NCBI GenBank assembly: GCA_964016885.1
Contig: OZ024740.1
Coordinates: 135,656,001 to 135,720,000, forward strand
DNA length: 64,000 nt
Source: Eledone cirrhosa
Lineage: Eukaryota
Direction: 5' to 3'
Position 1 is the first letter of the stretch. Each line of letters opens with the position of its first letter. A program made the position numbers and the translations under genes. Below the pieces are notes generated by a model. That model did no database searches, had not been told where the DNA came from, and was given only the letters and a program-made list of their open reading frames with translations. This document shows positions 1 through 11,706 of this stretch, one piece after another.

Positions 1-1991
1 TAAATCAGAACAACCTGCCATCCCCTGCACATAATCATAGACTGGAATCAAGGTAGAAATTGTTGTACTTGAATGCACGTAGTCTATGCAATAAGATATA
101 TCTTTTTGACTCCTACGTTAAAAGTATCGACCCTGACTTCATTACAGTCACGGAAACTTGGGCATATCCCACACTCTGTGATGGGGTTTTCAGCATAACT
201 GGCTTCATCAACAACAACCGACAACTGTGTCTTCCCCTACCATGCCTGTTGAAGAAGAACAACAAAAAGCGACCATCAATACAGAGTTTGAGGAAATACG
301 GCAAATGATTTCCGCTTTAAGCCAAGAAATAGCGGGAATAAAATCAAGCATTTGTGTAGAACCTCACAATGAGGGATCTTACCAGAGTGCCTTGTTACAA
401 AATCTCCGCATACCTCTTCCCAAATCTAGACGCATTGAGAATGCCACTGAATATGTAAACCACAAAGTGATTGCCATTGGTGTACCAGAAGACATAGTTG
501 ATCTTCAGGCATTTGCTGCCAGTTCATCCTAAGATTTGGGCTGTGCACACCTGAAGTGTGCTCTACGCCTTGGCCGACCAGGTTCGAAACCCAGGCTAAT
601 TAGACTGTCTTTTTCGAACTCAACTGAGGCACATTCATATATTTTGGCCTCTGATAAAGCTAGGCGTGAAAGTCGGATTGCCTTCTGAACACGCTCTTGT
701 CTTCCACCTCATGTCCACCCAAAGCTGCGTGCTGCAGCTTCCTTAAACCGCAGCTCGGCAGAACATGAAAGCTTTAGCCTATGTGATGATGGGCAGATAT
801 GGAAGTTTATTAAGGCTGGAAAAGAGATACTGACTGGTCTGAAAACACTGTACCCACAACAACTGACAATTAAAAAAATGAAAAAACTCTGGGGAATTAA
901 ATCAGAACAACCTGCCATCCCCTGCACATAATCATAGACTGGAATCAAGGTACAAATTGTTGTACTTGAATGTACGTAGTCTATTCAATAAGATATATCT
1001 TTTTGACTCCTACGTTAAGAGTATCGACCCTGACTTCATTACAGTCACAGAAACTTGGGCACATCCCTTACTCTGTGATGGGGTTTTCAGCATAACTGGC
1101 TTCATCAACAACAACCGACAACTGTGTCTTCCCCTACTATGCCTGTTGAAGAACAACAAAAAGCAACCATCAATAAAGAGTTTGAGGAAATACGGCAAAT
1201 GATTTCCGCTTTAAGCCAAGAAATAGCGGGAATAAAATCAAGCATTTGTGTAGAACCTCACAATGAGGGATCTTACCAGAGTGCCCTGTTACAAAATCTC
1301 CGCATACCTCTTCCCAAATCTAGACGCATTGAGAATGCCACTGAATATGTAAACCATAAAGTGATTGCCATTGGTGTACCAGAAGACATAGTTGATCTTC
1401 AGGCATTTGCTGCCAGTTCATCCTAAGATTTGGGCTGTGCACACCTGAAGGGTGCTCTACGCCTTGGCCAACCAAGTTCGAAACCCAGGCTAAATAGACT
1501 GTCTTTTTCGAACTCAACTGAGGTACGTTCATATATTTTGGCCTCTGATAAAGCTAGGCGTGAAGGTCGGATTGCCTTCGGAACACGCCCTGGTCTTCCA
1601 CCTCATGTCCACCCAAAGCTGCGTGCTGCAGCTTCCTTAAACCGCAGCTCGGCAGAACATGAAAGCTTTAGCCTATGTGATGATGGGCAGATATGGAAGT
1701 TTATTAAGGCTGGAAAAGAGATACCGACTGGTCTGAAAACACTGTACCCACAACAACTGACAATTAAAAAAATTAAAAAACTCTGGGAAACTAAATCAGA
1801 ACAACCTGCCACCCCCTGCACATAATCATAGACTGGAATCAAGGTAGAAATTGTTGTACTTGAATGCACGTAGTCTATGCAATAAGATATATCTTTTTGA
1901 CTCCTACGTTAAAAGTATCGACCCTGACTTCATTACAGTCACGGAAACTTGGGCATATCCCACACTCTGTGATGGGGTTTTCAGCATAACT
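1..1991 (+). repeat. Tandem ~895 bp direct repeats of the LINE ORF1-end/ORF2-start segment (2 full units plus the start of a third that continues into ORF2)
   Basis: Near-identical ORFs start at 60, 957 and 1851 (periods 897 and 894 bp); MSSPTMPVEE ORFs at 227 and 1124. Confidence 0.95.
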
Positions 1992-4610
1992 GTCTACAAC
2001 TTGTTTCATAAAGGCCGCGTTAATTGTTTTGGTGGCGGTGTAATGGTCTACGTCCGGTCATATTTTTCGGCAATTCGTTGTTGATTTGAACCAATCGCAG
2101 CAAGAAGTATTTTTCTGCAATATATGTATGACCATGTCAACACTGCTACTTGGAGTTGTTTACCATCCCCAAATTACCATGAGGACTCTTAACTTTGTGA
2201 TATCCTCAGAGTTGCTGCCAGGAAAACAGCCACTTATGTTTTTATTACAGGGGGCTTACATGGGACCCTGAGATTGACTGGGAAACCTTTCGTTGTCTAC
2301 AAAGTGCAAATGACTTTCTTGAGCTAGTGCTGGACTCGAACTGGTCCCAAGTAGTCACCTTCCCAACAAGAGGTGACAACACTTTGGATCTACTCTTCAC
2401 CATTACTCCTGAAACAGTTATTAGTGTTACTACTGAGGAACCTTTAGGTGACTCGATCATACTATAATCATTTCCAATCTATCCCTCATGGGCAGTAACA
2501 AGAACCACAACCATCTCCAAACTGCTCACTTTGACTGGAATAAAGCAGATTGGAACTGTTACTGCACCGAGCTGCAACGTCCAAACTGGCTTGAGTTCTA
2601 CGACTCTGGGGATGTCAACACTGTATCCAGAACATCCTGAACTCAATATGGACAGCATGTGCAGCACCAATGCTATGTAAGCAGAAAAAACATCCCAAAA
2701 GTGTAATTTGGGAGACTGCAGCAGTCCGTCTTGCCAGAAAAGAATGTTGTAACACTGAACGTGAGTACAAACTGCATAAATCAGATACGAATAGGAAAAA
2801 GCGAAATTAATCATCCAACCATCTCAAACAGGTGACAAAAAAGCAGTGCTTCAATTTGAGCAGCGCATAGCAACCAGCCCTGAGAGTAAGGTGTTCTGGA
2901 AGTATGTTCACTCAAAGCAGAGGCCTCACTCTTCAGTTGGTCCTCTTTGCAATCCCCACACAAGCCAGGTTACTGACGACCCGAAGGAATGCGCAGAATT
3001 AATTGCTGAATGCTATGCAGCCATCAGGCATTTTCACTATAGAAGACCAGAGTGTACCGTCTCCACCACCTCTGACATCGGATTCTATTACAACTATGGA
3101 ATTTACACTTGAAATGCTGCGACGTCACCTTAAAAATAAACACAACCATGCCTCTCCTGGTTTTGATGGTGTTATGTACCTGCTTCTCAAACGTGGTGGG
3201 TACTTCCTTCTGCACCAGCTATCACGCTTCTTCCAATTCTGTCTGAACAATGGTGCTACTCTAGAACAGTGGAAAACTGCCAGTGTCATTCCTCTGTTCA
3301 AAAAGGGTGACCGCACATCACCTGTGAACTATCGTCCAGTCAGTCTTACTAGCTGCATTGCCAAACTGATGGAATCCTGTGTCAGAGAAATGCTTTGGAA
3401 CTTCTGGAACTCTGTCTTATCCGACCCTCGCAATTTGGATTTATTCTTAACTCCAGCTGCTGTGATCAAATTATCAAGTTTCTTGAAGACATCACCCAGA
3501 TCACTGATGGCGGCTCATGGGTGGATGTTGTTTACCTTGACTTTGCTAAAGCTTTCAATTATGTGCCACACAAAAGACTTATGGCAAAACTCTGCAATGG
3601 GTGTGAAGAATGATCTTTTAAATTGGTTGAAGTCCTTCATTCTCAGTCGAAGAGAGGTAGTCACAGTTCTAGGACAGCATTCCTCACCATATGAGATGTC
3701 ATCCGGTGTGCCACAGGGATCTGTTCTTAGCCCCCTTTTGTTTGTGGCATATATTAATGATATAGATGCCAACTTAAAGAATGCCACAGTACTGAAATAT
3801 GCAGATGACATCAAGCTTTATCTTGAGATAAAAAGGACAGATGCTGAACACTATAGATCTTGCCTGCAATCTGACCTGGACACAATGCAACAATGGATCA
3901 CAGACTGGCAACTCAAGCTGGCTGTAGACAAGTGTACCACCATGCATTTTGGGAGTAAAAACCCAACATCCACATACTCCCTCCACAACACTAATATCAA
4001 GAAGTCTTCTTGTGAATGTGACCTGGGCATTACGGTCAGCAGCGATTTGCGTTGGACAAAGCACGTCTCTAAAATTGTCAAGAAGGCCGAGGGTGTCTTA
4101 GCATCACTCGGCAAAACCTTTGTCAGCCGCTCTCCAGCTATCTATTTAAAGCTGTATATAGTTACGGAGCGGCCACACTTAGAATTTGCATCACCAGTCT
4201 GGAACCCCTATCTTGCTCAGAACATTGACCACCTGGAAATTGTTCAGAGACGTGCAACCAAGCGAATACCCTCCATCAGGCATCTACCATACTCTGAACG
4301 CCTTGCCTCCCTGGGCATGGATACATTGAAGCTCCGACGCCTGGCAACTGACTTGGTAAACACTCACAAAATTATTAACCATCTTGCCAACAACAACCCT
4401 GAGTACCTTTTTGATTTCCATGTGTCTAACACACGTGGGCATGCCCACAAAGTCAGAAAACAGAAAAGCTCCCATGACTTTCGGAAACACTTTTTCACGC
4501 TCAGAGTTGTTGAAGCATGGAACAAACTACCTGCATCAGTTGTTAGCTGTCGAGACACTGCATCCTTTAAAAGCTCCATGCTTTCTGAGATTCACCAACA
4601 CTACATCTAA
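1851..4610 (+). pseudogene. LINE ORF2 (APE endonuclease + reverse transcriptase), frameshifted; longest open piece 3003-4610
   Basis: EN pieces at 1851-2084 and downstream; RT motif VDVVYLDFAKAF is in a shifted frame (3395-3613); YADD is in 3003-4610. Confidence 0.9.
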
Positions 4611-5188
4611 TATTCCCCCTCCATACAGACATACACATGTATATCATGACTCACACTATTGTACTATACATGCACCTTTGACGAGTTGTAGTGCACCTGA
4701 GAACTGTACACAATAATTTCATTATTATAAAGTTATTCTGAAATTTTGAAGGCAGTTTACCTACTTGGATCATTGATTTTCTCTCTTCACTTTTGTTTAT
4801 TTTCTTGTAAAAGTCCTCATCATATAATTGTTTTAGGACTATATCCTTGTAGTGGTTTTTGTCCATGATTACGATTGCTCCACCTTTGTCAGTTTCTTTT
4901 ATAATTATTTTAAGTGCATAGTACCAGCAGTTGGTCTGTAGGTATGTTGCATTTGTGGTTCTTCTCTGCAGCTGATCGTCGTAGGCAGGTTATGTATTCT
5001 TCCAGGTGTTTGAAATTCTTTTTTGTTTTTTACTAGTGATTCATCCTTGCATTCTACACCCTGGAACAATTCTCTGAGATGTAATTTTCAACAAAAATCC
5101 AAGTGTCTTTTATGAGGTCGGCTTGGTTGGTCTGGTTTTGGAGTGGGTGTAAACTTCAATCCATTTTCTAACAGTTTAATTTACTGTT

Positions 5189-5555
5189 GGCGCATGGCTT
5201 AGTGGTTAGAGCATTGGGCTTGCAATCGAAAGGTTGTGATTTCAATTCTCGGACCGGGTGATGTGTTGTTTCCTTGAGCAAGACACTTTATTTCACATTG
5301 CTCCAGTTAACTCAGCTGTAGAAATAAGATGATAGGACCGGGGTCCCTATCATTCCACTGCAAAAAAAAAGCACCCACCACTCACTGTAAATGAGGTTGG
5401 TGTTAGGAAGGGCATCCAGCTGTAGAAATCAAGCCAGAATCAGTTCCCGTATGAACAAGACAAGGTCAGCCGACCAGACTCTGCCCACAACAGTACAACC
5501 CGTCTAACCCATGCTAGCGTGGAAAAACGGACGTAAAACGGTGATGATGATGATG
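5189..5555 (+). mobile_element. tRNA-derived SINE with RTE-like 3' tail
   Basis: A box TGGCTTAGTGG, B-box-like TTTCAATTC, tail ...acgtaaaacggt(gat)n; several copies in the window. Confidence 0.88.
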
Positions 5556-6604
5556 TGTTAATTTCTTGACGGATATGTTAATTTTTTGGGGTTCGTTTGT
5601 GTTTTTCCCCATCAAGTTCCACTTGAAAGGTGGTGTTTTTTTCTTTTTCCTTCATTTGGTGGGAGGCACCCTCTCCTAAAAATAATTTCCATTTGAGATA
5701 GGGTTGTTTCTGTTGTGAGGTTGAAATCTTCTGTTCGCTGACACTTTGTGTAGATAATTTTTTGAACAGGAGAATCTTATTTGTTAGTTTATATATGGGG
5801 GTCTTGTTCTTCTGTTTGGTCTTCATAGGTCTTTGATTTTGTTTCTGGTAGTTGTAGGGCTTTGATAAGATTTGTATCTTGTTTTGTTGTTCAATATTAT
5901 ATCTGTGTATAAATGTGCATTTGGGGTTCTTTGATCTCTGGTTGATGTTTACTGCATAAGAAATCTTGATTTCTTGTGTTTTTGATTTTTCCTGAATTTG
6001 AGGGTTTCTTATGGGCTTGTTCTTTGAATTTTATTTGGTCTTTCCCATAGTTCTTTTCATAGTGTTCTTGACTCCAACATCCTCTTCGATTTTAATTCCT
6101 TTCTGGTTATATCAATCTTCCATAGGTCAAAGAGTTTTTCATGAATATTGCCACTGTTTCTTTTATTAATTTCTTCTCAAATGGTGGTGTTGCACTTTTC
6201 AAATTTATCTTTGAATTTTGGTACTCTCAGGCGGAGTAGGGTGATTTAAGCCTCAAGTTTCTGGAGTGCTAGATTCAACCTTATTTTTGTTTGGCTCCGA
6301 TGTTATTTCCTTAATTTGGAATCTTCTGTAATATTGTCTCTGATTTGAGGGATTCAGTGAAGGATTTTGAACGTGTGTTAGCCATTCTGACTTGTACAAG
6401 AATATTAGAAATGTGAGATCCTTGGTACAGTTAGGTATATTTGAAAAGAGGAAAAGAATGACGTCGCTTGTAGTTGGTATTTTATAATTTTGCTATGTAG
6501 ATCTAATAAGTCCTTTGTTAACTTTGATGGGAAGTGTTTATATATATGTGTGTGCATTTGAACAATAATAACAGAAGCCAGGTGTAGGTAGAAAATTAGT
6601 TCAT

Positions 6605-6735
6605 TGTTTTACGATCATTTCAGAGAGTTGATTGATTGATGGAGATCAATGTATCTACTAGCATGGTAGTGGTTAAATTACTACTCATTTCTAGTCTTGA
6701 AAACCCTGTTCAATCGGCCATCCTCCTCAGAAACA
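6605..6735 (-). ncRNA. Candidate type I hammerhead ribozyme with long stem II, Penelope-associated
   Basis: Minus strand: TGTTT-CTGAGGA-GGA..GATTGA...TCAATC..TCT-GAAA-TGATCG-TA-AAACA; stem I TGTTT/AAACA; near-palindromic stem III. Confidence 0.55.
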
Positions 6736-7489
6736 CTAAACTAATTTTATTTACTAGAAGTATATAGACTCAAGAAATAGGGTATACAGAAAGATAGATG
6801 GGGCGTGTGGTATGACCGAATGGTTCCTGAAACTGGAGATGGTGGGGTTATAGGGTGCGTATAGAAGGATAGATAGTAAGAATACTAATAAAAAAAATTA
6901 AGATAAGAATTAATCATAAGGAGAAGAGGAGGGGAGAGGGGAAACTGAAGTACTTAGAGGAATTTTCACAAAGCGTAGTGGTGGTTGGATGGAGTTGCAG
7001 TGCGCACAATTCTTACATGTCAGGATTGGTACATGGATACTAAGGCAGACTTGTTGTGGCAGATATTTAACATAAGAATAAAGAGGGTCTGACACGTATG
7101 TGGTCAGGTGATTATGTCATCAGGTTGGTTCAGACTGCCTTGAGTATTGATTGATCTATATCACAGGTTACTGGTTTGCACAAAGACATGGACAGTCACA
7201 CAATGGGGATATAAACATGTACAGATGTAGACACAAACCTATGCAGATAGCTCAGCCACTTGTGTATGTATTATGGCAGGGGGCACCTGAATGGCTTGGA
7301 GGGGCAGGTAAGGGTGGGTATAATCGAGACTATGTGGACACACGCAAGTGAAATTTTAAGGCCAGAAATAAAGATAAAAGTGAATAGCACCAGATGCATA
7401 GACATGCTCAAGAGATGCGCGTGCACAGGGGTTCAAATGGTCGTAGGGCAACGTAGTTGCTGTATGTCAGATTTCCATAGTACTGAGGC

Positions 7490-8890
7490 TTGTATTATTG
7501 TGACTTAGGTGTGCTCGGTTGTGGCTGAGTCGGTTTGTAGAATTTAAAAGTTTTTAGAATCTTGTGGTTGCATGATATGAGTTCCTGTTTTTTGTTAAGG
7601 AGTGGTAGCTTAGTGGTCCTTATTTGGTATATCTCCTGGGAACAGAGTGGGTACTCCCTCCTTTCTCCATTATATAATTTCACTTTTTCAGGACTTGCCA
7701 TCCAGTGTTTGAGGTTATATTTGTTAATAACCTCTGCTGAAGTTGTATCGGCTAAGTTGGCATGCTTGAAAGTGTTAATGTGGGAATAATATCTTTTTTT
7801 TTTAATGAGTTGGCCATTGCTCCTATGTAAAATTGCATTTTGTCCTTTGTAGCTAGCTTGCATTGATACACCACGCCACTAACGAGGCACTTTTCTTTAT
7901 TGCTGCAGTTGCAGTTTGGGATAGTGGGGTGGTTGTGGTAGCAAATGTTCCTGTGGGTTGTGATGGTGTTATTATTTGTAGTCACCTGTGTATATCGGGT
8001 GAGTTTCTTACGGTTAGTGTTAGTTGTGCAAATGTTGTCATTATTAATGTCGCTATTTGGGGCACTGTGTGGCGTGTTATGGGGGGGGGGGGGGGTATAT
8101 GCTATGTTGTGATGCCCTGTAATTACTCTGTTCATGTTGGTGCTACTTGGGTTTGCTGGGCTGGGGTAATTGTTTGAACTATCCATGTTAGTAGTTGGGG
8201 TGTGGGTTTGTTTTAGGTACTACTGTAGTTTAGATGTGTTAGACACCTATTTTTAAGTGTATTAGTATTGTCAGTGGGCTTGTGGCTTCTGGGGTGTGGA
8301 GAGATTCTGCTAGCATGGAAGAACGGACGTAAAACGGTGATGATGATGATGAAAGTGGTTAGATTTCCTAATGTGGTGTTAGGTACATTTGTTGCTGCAT
8401 TAGAGATATTGTGTGTTCTACTTAGATTTTTGTTGTGGATGTTGTGTGAGGGTGGAGGGTGTGATTGTCCGTTCATTTTTTCTGAGATTCATATAGTGGG
8501 TTCGTTATTGCTATGGATATTACGTGTAGGATGTGCAGTCGCGTAATCCATCATGGAGGAATTTGGTCTGGTGTTACTAGGTATGTAGGTTATCTTTTCA
8601 CTATACCCATTTCTTTTCAGGGCCTCGTTATAGTAATCCACATTGTCCAAGAATATCTCCTCCATTGCTGATAGTTTAGAGATCCTCATAGAGATATTGT
8701 TTACCATACCAGTAGGTTTGTGGTCCGGTGGACATAGTGGATGTTGCCACGGGCGATAAGGGCTTGTGGATAGGTCCAGGAAGTTTACTTTTTTCGTATA
8801 GGTTTTGAATGTGATAGCGAGGTTGTACTGTTGGAAAAGTTCTCTAATTTGTTTTCTGCATCTTTCTATAGGTTCTATAAGTGGCATAGA
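7490..8890 (-). mobile_element. Penelope-like element 3' portion (RT C-terminus + GIY-YIG endonuclease), decayed
   Basis: KVNFLDL, NNISMRISKLS, YYNEALKRNGY, then CNCSNKEKCLVSGVVYQCKL..FYIG and LLNKKQELISC. Confidence 0.8.
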
Positions 8891-8899
8891 TTTTGTGTA

Positions 8900-11140
8900 T
8901 GCAGTTCGTTGAGTTTATTCAGGATGGAACCCTTGGCAAATAATATCTCATAGCTTTCAGAGATACATAAACCACAGCCCCCATGTCCATCTGGAGTGTT
9001 TTCCATTTGAGGGTGAAGGGGATGGATTTCTTCTTAAGGTCCCATATATAGGAGAGCAGTGCAGTTTGGTTGGCTTTGACTGGTCTTCTGAAGGAGTGGG
9101 TGTGAGCATACAATCGTGTCTTAAAACTATTGGAAGTCATGCTGATATTTGTTTGCTTTTTTGTTGTTACCTAAAATGACATCGCATTTGTAAGCAATAT
9201 TGTTCAGCAAGCATGTTTTCCAGTGGGCAGGTATCCTTGTTTGCGAAGTTGCACAATATCTCATTCCAGGCATGGGTTTTGGAATTTGTAGACTTATTCA
9301 GTTTAGAGATGTTAAGGTTGGCTATGTTCCTAGCTAGATTAAGTGTTGAGTAGGAAAGTGTTCCTGTTAAAGATAATATAGTACTTGTATTGTGTGGGTA
9401 AGTGTTTGTTTAATAATTTAAAGATCCTAGTTATTGGTGTAGACACCTCCCCGGGGAGGGGGAGGGGGTGCCAGCTAATTTGCCTGTGTCTATTTCTGTT
9501 AAGTGGTTTAGGTGTGCTCTCTATGTATGATCTTGTCCTTTAAGCAACTGCAGGCTAGGTCCTTGTTTATAGTAGTGGGCAGAAGCTCTAAAGATGTTAT
9601 ATTTTGAGGGTAGTTAGAGTTACATTAATATATTTAAGGTTTATGGTAGGGGTAGTAGAAGGAAGTGGTTAAATCTAAAGTAACGTCTAGAAAGTGAGCC
9701 CTAGCAATGTTTGACTCTATAGTGGTCTTGAGGTCTAGATTACGAAAGGTGCGTAGGTTATTCCAAAACCCATCAGTGATTCTGGGGTTCACTATGTGCA
9801 GGACAAAGAGACCATCATTGTGGTATAGTCCTCCGGTAATCCCAGTGAAGAGTTGCTTCAGTTTATGTAGGATGTACAGGCCCATAGGGTCACTTATTTC
9901 TGCAGAGTCACTTACTTCCGTGCTAACATCGAAGGGGGTATCACATTTTTGGTTAAGCCAATAAGATCCTTTGTGGTATAGGAAGGTTTTTCGTGCATGG
10001 AAGATCACATCGTACTCTTCATCAAAAATTTTAGTTAGTGTCCTAGTGTAGACAAGTGCATCTTTAAGCAGGGCTTTAGTGATAGAGATGTAATAATCCC
10101 CTATGTCAAGTTGTAGGAAGTGGGTGGTTCTCTTCTCCAGTAAATCCTGGAAACAAGTTATAACTTCAGATGTTCTGCTCAAGTTGGGGGAGTAGTGGAA
10201 TAATTCTGTTGAGGATCTTTTTACTAATTGATCCTATGTTCTAGTGTGAGGGATTAATAAACTGGACAGTTTTCTGTGGAAGTTAGATTTGTGGTCCTTA
10301 TGGGTGAAAGCTTTTACCTTTCAAGGTTCTGTCCGGTCGTCCACTTACAGGGTCTTGGTGATCTTGCCATCTGTATTTGCTTCAATTAGGGTCCCATCAT
10401 CTACTTTCTTGTAAGTATTTGTTAAGGCATTTTCTGTCAGCCTCTGGTAAGTTGTTCTGTTGGAGGCAACATGGAGGTCAGGGGAACATTTCATAGTTTG
10501 AAGATCATCCTTTACATAGGCCTGGAATGGTGTGTTGGCTCTACAAAACTTTGTATTTTTAATCATTCCAAAGAGATCTTTAAATGGTTCAAGGAGGCTG
10601 TTAGTATTAAATCCGAACTCTCCATCGTTAGTAGATGCTACATCAGAATAACCGAAGAAGGCCCTCCACCGAATTCTCTTGATGTACTTGTATGTCTGTC
10701 GAATGAGTTTTTAAGTGTAGTATCATGGAGGCACATGGCTTAGTAGTTAGAGCATTGGCCTTGCAATCGAAAGGTTGTGAGTTCAATTCTCAGACCGGGT
10801 GATGTGTTGTTTCCTTGAGCAAGACACTTTATTTCACATTGCCCCAGTTTACTCAGCTGTAGAAATGAGATGATAGGGACTGGGGTCCCTATCATTCTAC
10901 TGCAAAGTGGTCGTGGAGGTGCCACGGCAAAAAAAAAGCACCCAGCCCACACTGTAAATGAGGTTGGTGTTAGGAAGGGCATCCAGCTGTAGAAATCAAG
11001 CCAGAATCAGTTCCCGTCCCACCCTTGCAAGCAGGGAAAAGCGGATGTAAAATGAAATGATGAAATGATGATATCCTTAGTAGAATAGGGATATCCTTCA
11101 TGGAAGTATCTGTACACACTTGTGTGTAACTCATACTTAA
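8900..11140 (-). mobile_element. Second Penelope-like element (N-terminus, RT, GIY-YIG), decayed, interrupted by a SINE at 10727-11071
   Basis: SMKDIPI N-terminal motif near 11090; RT remnant 9634-10182 (LDIGDYY, GLYHNDG, HFLDVTLDL); GIY-YIG remnant SFKTRLYAHTHSF..TALLSYIWDLK at 8919-9140. Confidence 0.8.
10727..11071 (+). mobile_element. tRNA-derived SINE
   Basis: Same head and body as 5189-5555; GTTCAATTC B box; (atga)n-like tail. Confidence 0.88.
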
Positions 11141-11195
11141 CTCCTGTATATATATATATATATATACATACATATATGTATGTGTGTGCGGGTGT

Positions 11196-11238
<43 letters not shown>

Positions 11239-11394
11239 TATAAAAGGAAAAGAATTACCCTGGTTCTTTGATAGAGTGAAGAACTAGCAAATGTGGCTGT
11301 AATAAAAAGTAAGGCACATGAGTATTGCTTTCAGAATGATTTCTTTTCTTATCCTTTAACAACTTATTTACAATTCAGAATATGAAACCAATGT

Positions 11395-11706
11395 TTATAC
11401 ACTTATAGTTCTGAATACATTGAAACCACCAAGGGCTGTGCTAATAATCACACCTGGCATTTGCCGATGCCAATGCACTTCTTTGATTTCAGTTTGCCCT
11501 TGATGTATAAAAAGCAACTGTGCTGGGATGTCTGCGTCCTCTTGGCTTTTATTGCTTTCATCTGTGTCTCGTTCAACAGCCATATCCCACAGAGATATCA
11601 TGTTATCATCACCAGATGCTGAAAACACACTGCTGTCAGTTGGATGCCATTCTACAGATGTGATAGGTGCACTATGGTGTTTGAACATAGCGCTTGGTTT
11701 GTGATG
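11395..11706 (-). CDS. GRWD1: GRWD1 last coding exon
   Basis: tttcag acceptor; [22 protein letters not shown]...FRTISV then TAA. Confidence 0.94.
   Translation of the reverse strand, partial: HHKPSAMFKHHSAPITSVEWHPTDSSVFSASGDDNMISLWDMAVERDTDESNKSQEDADIPAQLLFIHQGQTEIKEVHWHRQMPGVIISTALGGFNVFRTISV

Larger units (their letters stand above)
1..4729 (+). mobile_element. CR1/L2-group non-LTR retrotransposon (LINE), degraded, 5' end outside the window
   Basis: APE endonuclease N-terminus (LYLNARSL..ITVTETW), RT motifs (NYRPVSLTS, GVPQGSVLSPLLF, KYADDIK), CR1-like C-terminus (LERVQRRAT-like, RGH..K, FFTLRVVEAWNKLP); 3' end 'gcacctgagaactgtacacaataatttcattatta' shared with the copy at 57-61.5 kb. Confidence 0.92.
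4730..6740 (-). mobile_element. Penelope-like element 5' portion (decayed), interrupted by a SINE
   Basis: Minus-strand remnants typical of the PLE region before the RT: LLENGLKFTPTPK and DKGGAIVIMDKNHYKDIVLKQL; hammerhead-like motif upstream at 6605-6735. Confidence 0.65.

Noticed and set aside
5189-5262. tRNA gene (also at other SINE heads)
   Set aside because: A/B boxes are present but there is no complete cloverleaf or poly-T terminator, and it continues into a SINE body
7085-7130. Minus-strand CTGATGA near a Penelope end
   Set aside because: No GAAA and no convincing stem II; too degenerate to call
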